Program-made: the position numbers and the translations under genes
Part shown: in pieces, positions 18,567 through 28,012 of the stretch
Position numbering within the stretch: the stretch's first letter is position 1
How the letters are laid out: the number at the start of each line of letters is the position of its first letter
The notes under the pieces: generated by a model
What the model was told of the DNA's origin: nothing
The model's input: only the letters and a program-made list of their open reading frames with translations
Databases searched by the model: none
Source: a virus
Lineage: Duplodnaviria > Caudoviricetes
Length of the DNA: 64,000 nt
Direction: 5' to 3' (one strand)
IMG/VR virus record: IMGVR_UViG_2695421015_000001
Coordinates: 32,001 to 96,000 of that record

Positions 18567-20012
18567 TCAGCGCGCTGCGAACGCGGGGGTCCAGGTCGTG
18601 ATTGGCATCTCGAGTTGGTCGGGATGGTGGATGGTGGGGGACGGCTTGCGCGGCAGCGGCTCGTCGGCAGCGGCTTCCGCCGCATTGGCCTCTTCGGTGT
18701 CGAAACCTACGGTGCGGCCGTCGGGCAGATCGACGGTGGCATCGTCGGCGTACCAGTTGCCGGTGACGTCGCACTTGGTCGCATAACTACGGCGCTCATC
18801 TTCGCACCAGTTCTTGGTCCCGTTGAGGGTGATGACCTCGAAGAGATCGTCCGCCGGATAGTTCTTGCCGTTGCTGTCGCAGATGCCGCCGTCGTTTTGG
18901 AACTTCCATTCCGACCAGTAATCGCCGTCGGCCATTGACACCGCGTCGTCTTCCGGCACGCTGATGCCTTCGTCCGAGCAGAAAATGGCGTGACGCTCTT
19001 CGCAATGGCGACACCACGTCGCTTCGAATCGGCGCGAGGTATTGACGCTGCAGGTCTCGTCCTCGTCCACACGCTCCTCGCAACGGTCGCAGGAAATTCT
19101 GTTGCCGTCGGGCGGGCAGATGCCGGTCGGATCGGAGTCGGAGCAGCTGTAGCGGCCATGATGGCGGAGGATCAGGTGCGTTTTCCCGACGTCGAAATCG
19201 CCGACGGAGTCGACGTAGGGGCAAACCCAGCCGCCGCCTTCCTCAATCTTGAGCAGGCGCGCGCCTTCGAGGTCGCCTTCCTTGTAGCCGAGGGCTTTCA
19301 GAAGGGGCTTTAACCGCGCTTCGTCGCCATAGAAACGGGTGAAGATCTTCTTGGCCGGCCAGACGACGCTGCGGGCGGTGATGCGCTTGTCGAAGTGCGA
19401 TGCGTCGTCCCGCTCAAGGTAGGCAACAGCCAGGTCGCCGGCCGCGTAGACCCGAACCGGGTGGATGCTGCTTTCGTAATCCTCCGCATCGTGCGACATG
19501 CAGCTATCCGGACCGTCGAGGTAGACCCGTTCGATCTCGTCTTCGGTGTCGGCGAACCGAACCTCGTTGCTTTCGGTTTCGGCGGCCAGTTCGGTTGCCA
19601 GCCGCGCGATCACGTCGTCGGACAGTACGTCATCGAAGAATCGTTTCAGGTAGGCGCCAGCGCGCATGCGGGTCTGGCGATCTGCCGCGCCCTTCTCCGC
19701 GTCCTCGGTGAAGGCGACATAGCCGCCCTTTTCCATTGACAGGTGCAGGAAGTGTTCGCTGTTGTAACGCTCGCGGAACCAGACCGCGTTGGTCCACGGC
19801 ACCGGCAGGTAGGTGCCATCTTCCATGCGCCCACGTTCTCGCTCGCGCCATTCGGAGCCGTCGACGATGGGGCGGGGCTGGTGCTTCTGCCCGGTTTCGG
19901 TGGTGAGGCTGACGGCCGCGACGGCCGCCATCTCTCCCGTGGGCCAGCGAGTCGGGCCCTCGATCGATCCGACGAATTGCTTGGTGACGATGTTCAGAAC
20001 CTGGAAGTGCAT
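18567..20012 (-). CDS. large hypothetical protein with C-terminal Cys-rich repeats
   Basis: MHFQVLN... after the leader; GPDSCMS, repeated CxxC/WC motifs. Confidence 0.8.
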   Translation of the reverse strand: MHFQVLNIVTKQFVGSIEGPTRWPTGEMAAVAAVSLTTETGQKHQPRPIVDGSEWRERERGRMEDGTYLPVPWTNAVWFRERYNSEHFLHLSMEKGGYVAFTEDAEKGAADRQTRMRAGAYLKRFFDDVLSDDVIARLATELAAETESNEVRFADTEDEIERVYLDGPDSCMSHDAEDYESSIHPVRVYAAGDLAVAYLERDDASHFDKRITARSVVWPAKKIFTRFYGDEARLKPLLKALGYKEGDLEGARLLKIEEGGGWVCPYVDSVGDFDVGKTHLILRHHGRYSCSDSDPTGICPPDGNRISCDRCEERVDEDETCSVNTSRRFEATWCRHCEERHAIFCSDEGISVPEDDAVSMADGDYWSEWKFQNDGGICDSNGKNYPADDLFEVITLNGTKNWCEDERRSYATKCDVTGNWYADDATVDLPDGRTVGFDTEEANAAEAAADEPLPRKPSPTIHHPDQLEMPITTWTPAFAAR

Positions 20013-20127
20013 AGGTTGGTCTCCTTGAAGTGCCGCCCTGCGAAGGCGGCGTTGGGTTTCAGACATGCAGCATCCGTCCGCGGCGCCTGCGAAGCGCCGC
20101 GGTCGGCAGGTCTTGAGTTGTCGGGGC

Positions 20128-20319
20128 TCAGGTCAGCGGGGGAGTGTGCCTAACCGCATCACGCGCCGCCAAAAAGCAGAGCACGAAGGCGACCCACGAG
20201 CCGTCCCATATGAACAAGCCGGCAGCGACCGCCGACCAGCACCAGTTCGATATGCGCGCCGGCATCAGGGTGAGGATGAACAGCGTGAGCAGCCACACCA
20301 CCCAGAGAGGTCCATTCAC
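20128..20319 (-). CDS. small membrane protein
   Basis: Hydrophobic, 63 aa. Confidence 0.5.
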   Translation of the reverse strand: MNGPLWVVWLLTLFILTLMPARISNWCWSAVAAGLFIWDGSWVAFVLCFLAARDAVRHTPPLT

Positions 20320-20615
20320 TGGCCGCCCTCCGTCTCGACGTCGATGGCGTTGCGCCCGCTGACGCGGACGGTCGTGACCGGCGTGTAGGTGGTGTTGGCG
20401 CGGATGAACTGCGGTGACAGTTTCGCCCGCGCCTTTTTCATGTTGAGGTTGGCGCGCTCGCTCTCGCTCACGGTGACGCGGTAGAAGGTGCCTTCGTAGG
20501 CGCCTTCACCCTGCGCCACGATCTGCTCATGCAGCGGCTTGAGTTTGGTCTCCAGTTCCGCGATCTGGGCCTTGAGCAGGCCGTAGTCGTCGATCAGGGG
20601 CCCGATGTTGCTCAT
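20316..20615 (-). CDS. hypothetical protein
   Basis: MSNIGPLIDDYG..., AGGAGG RBS. Confidence 0.7.
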   Translation of the reverse strand: MSNIGPLIDDYGLLKAQIAELETKLKPLHEQIVAQGEGAYEGTFYRVTVSESERANLNMKKARAKLSPQFIRANTTYTPVTTVRVSGRNAIDVETEGGQ

Positions 20616-20797
20616 TGCGGCGCCTCCTGATCGGATAGCACCGCGAAGGAGTGGATCTTCGGATCGCCGTACTCGTCGAGGATGCCGATTGTGCTGGTAG
20701 CCGTCTCGATCAGCGTGTCGAGAGCATCGCACAGCGACTCCGCGTCGGTGATGCTATCATCGTAGCGCACCGACAGTTTTAGCTCCGCGATCCTCAT
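20612..20797 (-). CDS. hypothetical protein
   Basis: Coupled ORF. Confidence 0.55.
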   Translation of the reverse strand: MRIAELKLSVRYDDSITDAESLCDALDTLIETATSTIGILDEYGDPKIHSFAVLSDQEAPQ

Positions 20798-21036
20798 GGC
20801 ACCACCACGACCTGACCGGCTTGCGTCACGCCGCCGAACCTCTCGACCAGCAGAGCGAAAGCGCCGGCCGCGAACTCCAGACCGGAGAAGCTATCGAACA
20901 TCGCGACCTCGCCGGGGGCGTCGATGACGACGGCGAACGAGGTGTTGACCGACATGGGTTGGACGATCGTCTGCCGTTCGATCAGGCGCACCGTCACCCC
21001 GTCCTCGGGGCCGGTGTATCGGTAGAGTGTCTTCAT
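20794..21036 (-). CDS. hypothetical protein
   Basis: MKTLYRY... after the leader. Confidence 0.65.
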   Translation of the reverse strand: MKTLYRYTGPEDGVTVRLIERQTIVQPMSVNTSFAVVIDAPGEVAMFDSFSGLEFAAGAFALLVERFGGVTQAGQVVVVP

Positions 21037-21088
21037 GGTTGTTGGTCTCCTTGGTTGCCCCGCTGCGAACGGGGGTTGGGTGAAAGTG

Positions 21089-21301
21089 TTACCACCGCCA
21101 TTCGGTCGGCAGTGCTTGATAGCGCTTGTCGAGAATCTCCTCGGCGTACAGCGCCAGCTTGATCTTCCCGCTGGAACGCAAGTCCATCGCGTGGGCCTTT
21201 TGCGAGGCATAGCGAGAGAGCGCCAGCAGATGCTTGGCCAGCTCGCGCAACTCACTCTGATCCAAGCAGTCGAGGTTTGGGACGTTGATCGTGTCGGCCA
21301 T
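21089..21301 (-). CDS. hypothetical protein
   Basis: MADTINVPNLD... Confidence 0.55.
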   Translation of the reverse strand: MADTINVPNLDCLDQSELRELAKHLLALSRYASQKAHAMDLRSSGKIKLALYAEEILDKRYQALPTEWRW

Positions 21302-21303
21302 GC

Positions 21304-22014
21304 TCACCCCCACTGCGCTGCCATCGCTGTCGCGACTTTCGGAAAGAACTTGCTACGCTCCTTCCAGCGCGCGGGGCCGGGCGCCGCCTTGTGGACGCGG
21401 TCCTCGGGCTTTGCGCCCTTGGGCAGCTTGAGCGCGATCCGGCATTGCTCCCACGTCTCGAAGGTCGGGATGAGCGGCTTCATGTCGTCCCCGACGATCC
21501 AGAAGCAGGTGCGCTTGGTTTCTGGGTCGCCGAACATCCACGGCTGGATCGATTGCGCCGGCTCGCGATAGTTCTTGATCTTGGCCTTGCCGTAGCCGTG
21601 CATCACCGGGTTCTCCAGAACCTTGCGGGGGATCTTCGCGTTCAGGAGCGTCGAGAACAGCGCAGCGCCCTGATCCAGCTTCATCCACATGAACTCCAGG
21701 CGCTCCCTGCGGTTCATGCGAGCGTAGGCCGCGATCTCCCTCGCCGTGTAGTGCTCCGCGGTGAGTTTGCCCGGAGGCTCTTTCAACCAGCGGACGCCGC
21801 TGTTGCATAGCCGGGTACACGGCGGATGCGCGACCATCAGGAAGTCCCAATCGTCGTCGAGGACGTCGCGGACGTCGCCCTGAATGTGTTTGTTGTTGCG
21901 GTCGGCCGCCGGCAGCAGGTCGCATGACCATGCGTCGTGACCTCGTGCGGCGAACGCGCGCCGCACCACGCCTGAGAACTCGCAGGCGACGAGGACTTTC
22001 ATCGACTTCCTCAT
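21304..22014 (-). CDS. DNA cytosine-5 methyltransferase-like protein
   Basis: VLVACEFSG, AWSCDL, catalytic HPPC, ENP, QPWMFG..K.TC.W. Confidence 0.8.
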   Translation of the reverse strand: MRKSMKVLVACEFSGVVRRAFAARGHDAWSCDLLPAADRNNKHIQGDVRDVLDDDWDFLMVAHPPCTRLCNSGVRWLKEPPGKLTAEHYTAREIAAYARMNRRERLEFMWMKLDQGAALFSTLLNAKIPRKVLENPVMHGYGKAKIKNYREPAQSIQPWMFGDPETKRTCFWIVGDDMKPLIPTFETWEQCRIALKLPKGAKPEDRVHKAAPGPARWKERSKFFPKVATAMAAQWG

Positions 22015-22199
22015 CGCGAGGACTCCCCCAGCCACACGACAGGGAAGCCGTCGGCCTCGGCAGCGTCTTGGAGCGCGTCGAGGAAATTTATCAGCCCGTC
22101 GACGGCGGGGTTGCCGTCAATCCGTAGCAACGCGAGCTTCTGCTGTGCCAGCAAAGCCCAGTCGGTCTTTGCCAGCACGTCATGTATCTTGGTCGTCAT
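22011..22199 (-). CDS. hypothetical protein
   Basis: After the leader. Confidence 0.7.
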   Translation of the reverse strand: MTTKIHDVLAKTDWALLAQQKLALLRIDGNPAVDGLINFLDALQDAAEADGFPVVWLGESSR

Positions 22200-22249
22200 G
22201 ATTTGGTCTCCTTGATTGAAACGGCTCTGCGAAAGCCGGGTGGGTTGGA

Positions 22250-22585
22250 TCAGGCCTTGTCGGCGATGACGATGGTGCCCTTGGAGTAGGACACCTCGAC
22301 ATGGGTGCCGGTGAAGGTCGCAGCGACCTTGGCGCCGGTGATATCGATGATCGGCTTCTCACCCTTGCCGCTGACGGTGCCGCGCTCGGACACGCCGTGC
22401 TTCGCGAACATGGTCTCGGAGCAGACGATGATCGTGAGCACTCCCTTGTGCCACATGCGGGTGAAGCGCGTGCCCACGGTGAAGCCGTGGTCGACGAGGC
22501 GCTTGCCCTCGATCCAGATGCGGGTGCGCTCGCCGGCGCGGGTGGTGCCGAGCTTAGTGGTGAAGCTGACGGTCGGGCGTGACAT
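22250..22585 (-). CDS. hypothetical protein
   Basis: After the leader. Confidence 0.75.
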   Translation of the reverse strand: MSRPTVSFTTKLGTTRAGERTRIWIEGKRLVDHGFTVGTRFTRMWHKGVLTIIVCSETMFAKHGVSERGTVSGKGEKPIIDITGAKVAATFTGTHVEVSYSKGTIVIADKA

Positions 22586-22919
22586 GGTTGGTCTCCTTGG
22601 TTGAGGTCTGCGAAGGCTTGTTGTGATATTTTAGCTCTCGGTGCCGCATGCAGATGCGACACTCCTTGGTTCCGTCGGGGCGGTGATAGGTATTGGCCTT
22701 GGTGCGCGGGTGGCCGTTGCGGCACTGCTTCTGCGCAGGCGTCTCCCGCTCCCGCTTGGCGTGATATCGAAGCGCGCAGCAGAGGCGACAGACGTTCGAG
22801 CCTCGCGCGTCGATAAAGCTGGATTTGGCGTTTCGCGGGTGTCCACGCTTGCAGGCCGCGTCCAGCCTCGGGGCGCCGCGCGGGCGCCCCGTCGGTTTGT
22901 ATTTGCCGCTCCTACCCAT
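22554..22919 (-). CDS. protein with two CxxGH...CxxC zinc modules
   Basis: CKRGH...CRLC and CRNGH...CRIC; reads through a decayed leader. Confidence 0.6.
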   Translation of the reverse strand: MGRSGKYKPTGRPRGAPRLDAACKRGHPRNAKSSFIDARGSNVCRLCCALRYHAKRERETPAQKQCRNGHPRTKANTYHRPDGTKECRICMRHRELKYHNKPSQTSTKETNHVTPDRQLHH

Positions 22920-23109
22920 TGCCTGCCATCATCCAGCCCGCGACGGCGAAGCTGAGGATGACGGTCGCGCCGACCGCCAGTTCGATATGCGATGGGAATT
23001 TCGGGGCGACGTACTCGGCGACGGGGTGGCCATAGTCGTCGATGGCAGCGGCCGCGACAGCGAGCGCGCAGGCCAGCAGGATCGCGACAACGGTGATGAA
23101 GTGCAGCAT
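22912..23109 (-). CDS. small membrane protein
   Basis: Two hydrophobic segments; after the leader. Confidence 0.65.
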   Translation of the reverse strand: MLHFITVVAILLACALAVAAAAIDDYGHPVAEYVAPKFPSHIELAVGATVILSFAVAGWMMAGNG

Positions 23110-23161
23110 GGGTGTGGTCTCCTTGGTTGAAATCCGTCTGCGAAACGGGCGAGGGTGAATA

Positions 23162-23326
23162 TCAGCCGACCATCAGAATGATCGGCTTGCGGGTGATGGC
23201 GAAGCTGAGCGAGTAGAGTTCGGCTTCGCTGTAGCGCCAGAACTTGCGCGTGGTGGCGAACACATAATGCGTTCCGGAATCATCGCCCCGGAACAGCACC
23301 TTGTAGTAGGGCTTTGGCTTTGCCAC
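23162..23326 (-). CDS. 54 aa hypothetical protein
   Basis: GTG-start frame MAKPKPYYKVLFRGDD... Confidence 0.45.
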   Translation of the reverse strand: MAKPKPYYKVLFRGDDSGTHYVFATTRKFWRYSEAELYSLSFAITRKPIILMVG

Positions 23327-23329
23327 CGC

Positions 23330-23596
23330 TCACAACTCCCACTCGCCGCCTTCGTCACCTTCGTCGATGACCTTCGGGCACTTCTGGCCTTTGCGCTTCG
23401 GCTTGAAGTTGGCGCACAGGCCGCCAAAGCCGGGCTGGTAGTCAGCATCGGGGCCCAATGCGATCTTCAGGTGGTCGGCCAGCGCGCGGGCCAGCTCGTT
23501 CGCCAGCACCTCGAACTGGTCCACGTAGCGCTGCCTGCCGGGCAGCTTGCTGTTCGTTGCTGCGTCCAGCATGTTGTTGATGTCGAGTACCTTCAT
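23330..23596 (-). CDS. hypothetical protein
   Basis: MKVLDINNML... after the leader. Confidence 0.7.
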   Translation of the reverse strand: MKVLDINNMLDAATNSKLPGRQRYVDQFEVLANELARALADHLKIALGPDADYQPGFGGLCANFKPKRKGQKCPKVIDEGDEGGEWEL

Positions 23597-23637
23597 GATT
23601 GGTCTCCTTGATTGAGCCGTCTGCGAAACGGCGGTGG

Positions 23638-23874
23638 TTAGTGGGCGTGGACGAAGTTCTCTTTGCTCCAGCGCACGAAGTGACGCTCCTCGCGTCGCTC
23701 CATCGCGCGCCGGGCTTCCTTGAATGGGCAGTGCGGCACCGTGCCGTGGACGCGCCACGGCTCTGCCATCTCCTGCGGGGTACGGTTGGTCTGGCGCCAC
23801 TCTGCAAACAGTTGCGCAACCGCCGAGTGGGGCCGCCACGAGCGGCGGATGTGTCGCATTTCTGAGAACCGCAT
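23638..23874 (-). CDS. hypothetical protein
   Basis: MRFSEMRHIRR..., GGAG RBS. Confidence 0.55.
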   Translation of the reverse strand: MRFSEMRHIRRSWRPHSAVAQLFAEWRQTNRTPQEMAEPWRVHGTVPHCPFKEARRAMERREERHFVRWSKENFVHAH

Positions 23875-23879
23875 GGCGT

Positions 23880-24053
23880 TCACTCCGCTGCTTGCTGCAT
23901 CGTGGGCGCGCGGGCGGCAATGATCCGCTCGGCGTCCTTTCGCTGCTGCCATGAAAGCGAAAGGCCCGCGTGGTAGCGGGCCACGATCTCGTCGTTGGTG
24001 AACTCGATCAGGTCGAGGTCTGCGAAGTGCGCGTTGTATCTTGCGCTTTGCAT
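23880..24053 (-). CDS. 57 aa hypothetical protein
   Basis: MQSARYNAHF... after the leader. Confidence 0.6.
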   Translation of the reverse strand: MQSARYNAHFADLDLIEFTNDEIVARYHAGLSLSWQQRKDAERIIAARAPTMQQAAE

Positions 24054-24128
24054 CGATGGTCTCCTTGGTTGGATGGAAACGAGGACGCGCTCGCTGCGAA
24101 CGAGCGCGCCCCGTCGGTGGCGGGTTAA

Positions 24129-25271
24129 TCAGATGTGGCAGTCGACGACGGCGAGGCAGGTATCGTCCGGCAGGCCGTCGATCAGGTCAGAGAACTGCTG
24201 GTCCCATGTGTCAGCGTCCTTCTCGTCGGAGACGCAGCCCCACCAGCCCATCGAGCCGCGCTCGTACCACTGACCGTCCTTGACGACGGCGAAGGTCTGC
24301 AACGCGCGGCGTCGCGCCCGGAGGGCAACGTCCTCCGGCGACATGCGGAACATCTTGAGGTCAGCATCGCTGTCGAAGAACGAGAGCATCTCGGCGGCCT
24401 TGAGGTCGACGATCACCGGCTGCGAGTGGAAGGCCTTGCGCACAGGTTCCCATCGATCGCCGCCGGCGGTGACGACGGCGTTATCCGTCGGCATCGCCTC
24501 GAAGCGGGCGCGAACCTCCTCCCACGTCTCGAACGGGCGACCGGCAATGATCGCTGCCGCCTTGGCGTGGGTTTCCAGTGTGGACTTCTCGGCCTCGTCG
24601 CGCATGGCGTCGAAGTCGATCTGGCGCTTGCGGGCGACGTCGCAGTAGCCGACCCGTTCCGGCTCGTTCTTGTTCGTCCATGAGCGTTCGCCCATCTGGA
24701 CGCCGTCGATCAGCGCCTTGGTGCTGTCGGGGATCGGAAGGCGTCGCTCGGTCAGGACCTGGACGTGACGCATGGCCTCGCAGACGTCGCCGCGCAGGCG
24801 GATCATGTCGCTCCACCGGCCGCCGATCTGCCACCAGTCCCATTTCTTTTTCGGGTTGGTCTTGTTGAAGAACCGGTCATCCCGCTCGAATGCGCCGAAA
24901 TAGTCCGTGGCGCACTCGGCCATGGTCTTGTAGCCGACGCCGTGCTTGCGCGCTTCATCAGCCGCCATCTCCTGCTCGACCGCGCCGGCCGGAAGTTCGA
25001 ACTCCTTGCGGGTGTCCCAGCTTGCCTTCTTCTCCGGCTCCTTCGTATAGAACCGCTGATCGTACCGACTGTGGACGCTGCCGTCCGCCAGCACGACGAC
25101 CTGCCTCGGTTTGTTGAACTCCTCCTTGACCTCGTCGGTGACGTCGACGTCGATGACGTATTGGTCATCGGTGCCGGTGCACTCGTACTCGTGCCACGGC
25201 TGGAGGATCGGGGTGAGGGTTTCCCGATCGAGCGCCTTGTCCGAGATAACGAGAACGGTGAAGTGACTCAT
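24129..25271 (-). CDS. conserved phage protein of unknown function
   Basis: MSHFTVLV...NP..KWDWWQIGGRW...GWWG...VDCHI. Confidence 0.8.
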   Translation of the reverse strand: MSHFTVLVISDKALDRETLTPILQPWHEYECTGTDDQYVIDVDVTDEVKEEFNKPRQVVVLADGSVHSRYDQRFYTKEPEKKASWDTRKEFELPAGAVEQEMAADEARKHGVGYKTMAECATDYFGAFERDDRFFNKTNPKKKWDWWQIGGRWSDMIRLRGDVCEAMRHVQVLTERRLPIPDSTKALIDGVQMGERSWTNKNEPERVGYCDVARKRQIDFDAMRDEAEKSTLETHAKAAAIIAGRPFETWEEVRARFEAMPTDNAVVTAGGDRWEPVRKAFHSQPVIVDLKAAEMLSFFDSDADLKMFRMSPEDVALRARRRALQTFAVVKDGQWYERGSMGWWGCVSDEKDADTWDQQFSDLIDGLPDDTCLAVVDCHI

Positions 25272-25317
25272 AGTGGTGGTCTCCTTGGTCGATTGAGGAC
25301 TGCGATCCTCGTGGCGC

Positions 25318-25368
25318 GATGCGGAAGTGCATCGTGGAGCGCCGCGTGCGGCGCTCGTCGATGAACTC
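25318..25368 (-). repeat. class-2 structured leader element, copy A
   Basis: GAGTTCATCGAC-[8 bp hairpin]-CACGATGCACTTCCGCATC. Confidence 0.8.
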
Positions 25369-25588
25369 AAGCATGGTAGGAGGTGAAGCAGGTCTTGCTG
25401 CAGAACAGTCCGGGGTGGGTGAACTTGCGGCCGCCGTCGGTCTCGGTGGAGTACCGAAACATGGTGTTCTTGTCGGCGGTCTTGCCGCGATACGATCCGC
25501 ACCAGTCGCAGGAGTGCGCTGGAGCGAGGACGCTTTCGCGGTGAAGTTCTTGCCGCGCGAAGGGATCGCGGGAGATCAGGCGGGTCAT
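25367..25588 (-). CDS. small zinc-finger protein
   Basis: CDWCG...FCSKTC. Confidence 0.65.
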   Translation of the reverse strand: MTRLISRDPFARQELHRESVLAPAHSCDWCGSYRGKTADKNTMFRYSTETDGGRKFTHPGLFCSKTCFTSYHA

Positions 25589-25821
25589 TGGCCCCTCCCT
25601 TCGCGATTGAGGCGGGCGACCTCGCGGCGGTAAACGGAGATGCCGGACTCGGGCATCGACAGCTTCGCGCCGCTCGGCGTCGGCAGGTATCCGACATAGC
25701 CGCGCATGTTGAACCAAAGCTGGTCCACGATCTTGCCGTTGAGGATCACGTCGTAGCGCTTCGTGGTCTCCAGCATCTGGCAACCGCGGCGCGTCTCTTT
25801 CAGTTCAAGCTTGAATGGCAT
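25585..25821 (-). CDS. hypothetical protein
   Basis: After the leader. Confidence 0.7.
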   Translation of the reverse strand: MPFKLELKETRRGCQMLETTKRYDVILNGKIVDQLWFNMRGYVGYLPTPSGAKLSMPESGISVYRREVARLNREGRGQ

Positions 25822-25895
25822 GGTTGGTCTCCTTGGTTTGAAAACGAAAGAGCGCGCTCGCTGCGAACGGCGCGCCCGTCGGGGATGGGTTGGTT

Positions 25896-26198
25896 TCAGC
25901 TATGGGTGTAGCCGTCGGGCTCGATGCCGAGCCACATGCCCCATCGGTGGATCATGATGCAGCCGTAGCCGCCGTGCACGGTCTTGCGGAAATTCCGGTA
26001 CTGGATCGACGGCACCTTGACGACGCGATGGGGATTGCGGACCGCGAAGTCAGCGAACTTTTCGGCGTCGTAAGGGTGGCCCTCGAAGTGGCGACGATCT
26101 TGCTCCTGCAGCCGGATCGTCGGTGTCAGCCAGCTTGGGAAGTCGCGGAGGAAGATTCGGAACAGCGCCTCGCGCTGCGCTCGGGTGGTGACGATCAT
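25896..26198 (-). CDS. hypothetical protein
   Basis: After the leader; C-terminal GMWLGIEPDGYTHS. Confidence 0.75.
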   Translation of the reverse strand: MIVTTRAQREALFRIFLRDFPSWLTPTIRLQEQDRRHFEGHPYDAEKFADFAVRNPHRVVKVPSIQYRNFRKTVHGGYGCIMIHRWGMWLGIEPDGYTHS

Positions 26199-26240
26199 GG
26201 TGGTGGTCTCCTTGAATGCCGTCTGCGAAACGGCGGTGGG

Positions 26241-26591
26241 TTAGTGGTTGATGGTCTCGGAAGCGTCCAGCACTTCCAGCACCTTGGCGGCGCCGATCTG
26301 GTCGATCTTGGTGGCGACGAGCATCTCGGCCGCCTCGCGGTCGGTCAGCTTGGCGTGATGGCCTTTCGCCACCATGTAGCGGACCTTCACGTCATTGAGC
26401 CGGCCGAACACCATGCCGGAGGCATAGTGCGTGAGGGTGTCGGCCTCCTTGCCGAGACGGCTTTGCTGCAACACGAACTTGACCTTGCGGTCGCCGATCG
26501 TGAGCCATGCGACGCGCCCGGTGCGTTCGGACAGCGTGATCTTATGGCCCCGGGGGCGTTTCCCCGGCACCTTGAAGGTGATGGTTGGCAT
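26241..26591 (-). CDS. hypothetical protein
   Basis: MPTITFKV... Confidence 0.65.
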   Translation of the reverse strand: MPTITFKVPGKRPRGHKITLSERTGRVAWLTIGDRKVKFVLQQSRLGKEADTLTHYASGMVFGRLNDVKVRYMVAKGHHAKLTDREAAEMLVATKIDQIGAAKVLEVLDASETINH

Positions 26592-26602
26592 GGTGCATTC
26601 CC

Positions 26603-27085
26603 TCAAAAGCCGCTGGCGAGTTGATGGGCTTCGGCGTCGGTCTTGCCGTCAAGTTTGTGCTTGGCGTAGGAGCGTTGCCATTTGACCCAGCTGCGGAGTT
26701 CGGCCGCCTCCGCCTCCTTGCAAGCAGACGCGAACACGAACAGCTCGTCGTCACGGCGCGGCTCCCACGCGCTTTGCGCGGCGAACATGCGGACCTTGGA
26801 GATCGCATCGCTCATGGTCATTGGCCTGGAGCCGAGCCCGTTCATCCACAGCGTCTTGCCGTGATGCTCGGTCGCCTTGCCGGGCTCGATGATCTGGTAG
26901 CACCACTCGCCGACCGGGCTCGCGGCCACGATCAGGGTGAGGCCCCATCGGAACTCGATGTGCGGCGCCTGCGCATTGCACAGGAAGTCGATCTTGTTCG
27001 AGAGGTCGAGTTTGGCCTCGTTCTTGTTCGGGCCTTCGCCGACGACGCAGCCGCGGCTTGTTGTGACGGTCTTGGGTTTACGCAT
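26603..27085 (-). CDS. hypothetical protein
   Basis: After the leader. Confidence 0.75.
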   Translation of the reverse strand: MRKPKTVTTSRGCVVGEGPNKNEAKLDLSNKIDFLCNAQAPHIEFRWGLTLIVAASPVGEWCYQIIEPGKATEHHGKTLWMNGLGSRPMTMSDAISKVRMFAAQSAWEPRRDDELFVFASACKEAEAAELRSWVKWQRSYAKHKLDGKTDAEAHQLASGF

Positions 27086-27128
27086 GGTGGTCTCCTTGTG
27101 ATGCGCTCGCTGCGAACGAGCGCGGGTT

Positions 27129-27668
27129 TCAGATGATCGAGCCGTAGCCTTTGCAGTCCGGACACTTGTCCCAGACCGGCGTGATGCCGTCGTCGCCTTT
27201 GCAGGTCTCGATGCCGTTGGATGCGACGTTGCCGAAATGCGTGGCGCAGGTCGGGCAGCCGTGGGTGTCGTTCCAGATCGTGGTCGCCTCGTCCTCGACG
27301 GCGATCAGCGCCGCGCCGTAAGCTTCGGCAGCCTGCTTGGGCGTCTCGAACTTTTCGTCGAGCAGGTCGATGACGTGGGTGGTAGTGGTCTGATCGACGC
27401 CTTCGACGATCGACGTCACTGACAGGGCGGTGAAGAAAGATCCTTCGACGGACAAATCCTCGCCCCACACCCAGCTGCCGGGGTTATCCTCACCGGCATA
27501 GAGCAGCGCGCCGACCGACGCGCCGCAGTCGGTGTACTTGTAGGCTTTGCGGGCGAGCTGCCCGACGTTGTCGGCGTCGTTCGCCTCAAGGATGGCGCGA
27601 AGGTTCTCTTGCGCGGCTTGCCCCATGGCTTTGAGCTCTTCGCCGCGTTCGTATTCGATTTCGTTCAT
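27129..27668 (-). CDS. acidic hypothetical protein with a C-terminal zinc ribbon
   Basis: AAGGAGTCCACC RBS; CPTC...CPDCKG. Confidence 0.75.
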   Translation of the reverse strand: MNEIEYERGEELKAMGQAAQENLRAILEANDADNVGQLARKAYKYTDCGASVGALLYAGEDNPGSWVWGEDLSVEGSFFTALSVTSIVEGVDQTTTTHVIDLLDEKFETPKQAAEAYGAALIAVEDEATTIWNDTHGCPTCATHFGNVASNGIETCKGDDGITPVWDKCPDCKGYGSII

Positions 27669-27677
27669 GGTGGACTC

Positions 27678-28012
27678 CTTGGTTTGCCGATTGACGGCGG
27701 GCATGGGTGAATGAACCCGGGGCAGGCCCCCGGGGGCGGGGCAATAGAACCGGGGCAGGCCCGGGGGCAGGCCTAGAACCCGGGCAGGGAATAGAGGCCC
27801 GGGGGCAGGCCCGGGCAGGGGCAGGGAATAGAGGCCCGGGCAGGGGCAGGGGCCTAGGAACCGGGGCAGGGGCAGGCCCCTAGGCCCGGGCAGGCCCCTA
27901 GGCCATAGGCCCGGGCAGGCCCGGGGGGCAGGAATAGGGCCGAAACGGCCCTATTAGAACCCAAGCCCGAAACCAAACGAGGAGCGCCGCATAGCCCCTT
28001 GCGCGCGGCGAC
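27678..28012. repeat. G-run-rich, TC-free island 2
   Basis: Tandem degenerate CCCGGG(G)CAGG and AATAGAGG units; hairpin AATAGGGCCG-AAA-CGGCCCTATT at 27933-27955. Confidence 0.85.

Noticed and set aside
24129-25697. Extended ORF-track starts (e.g. 522 aa here, 8546-9238, 14353-15369, 56553-58370)
   Set aside because: The extensions run through the conserved leader or RBS; the ATG directly after the RBS is the likelier start.
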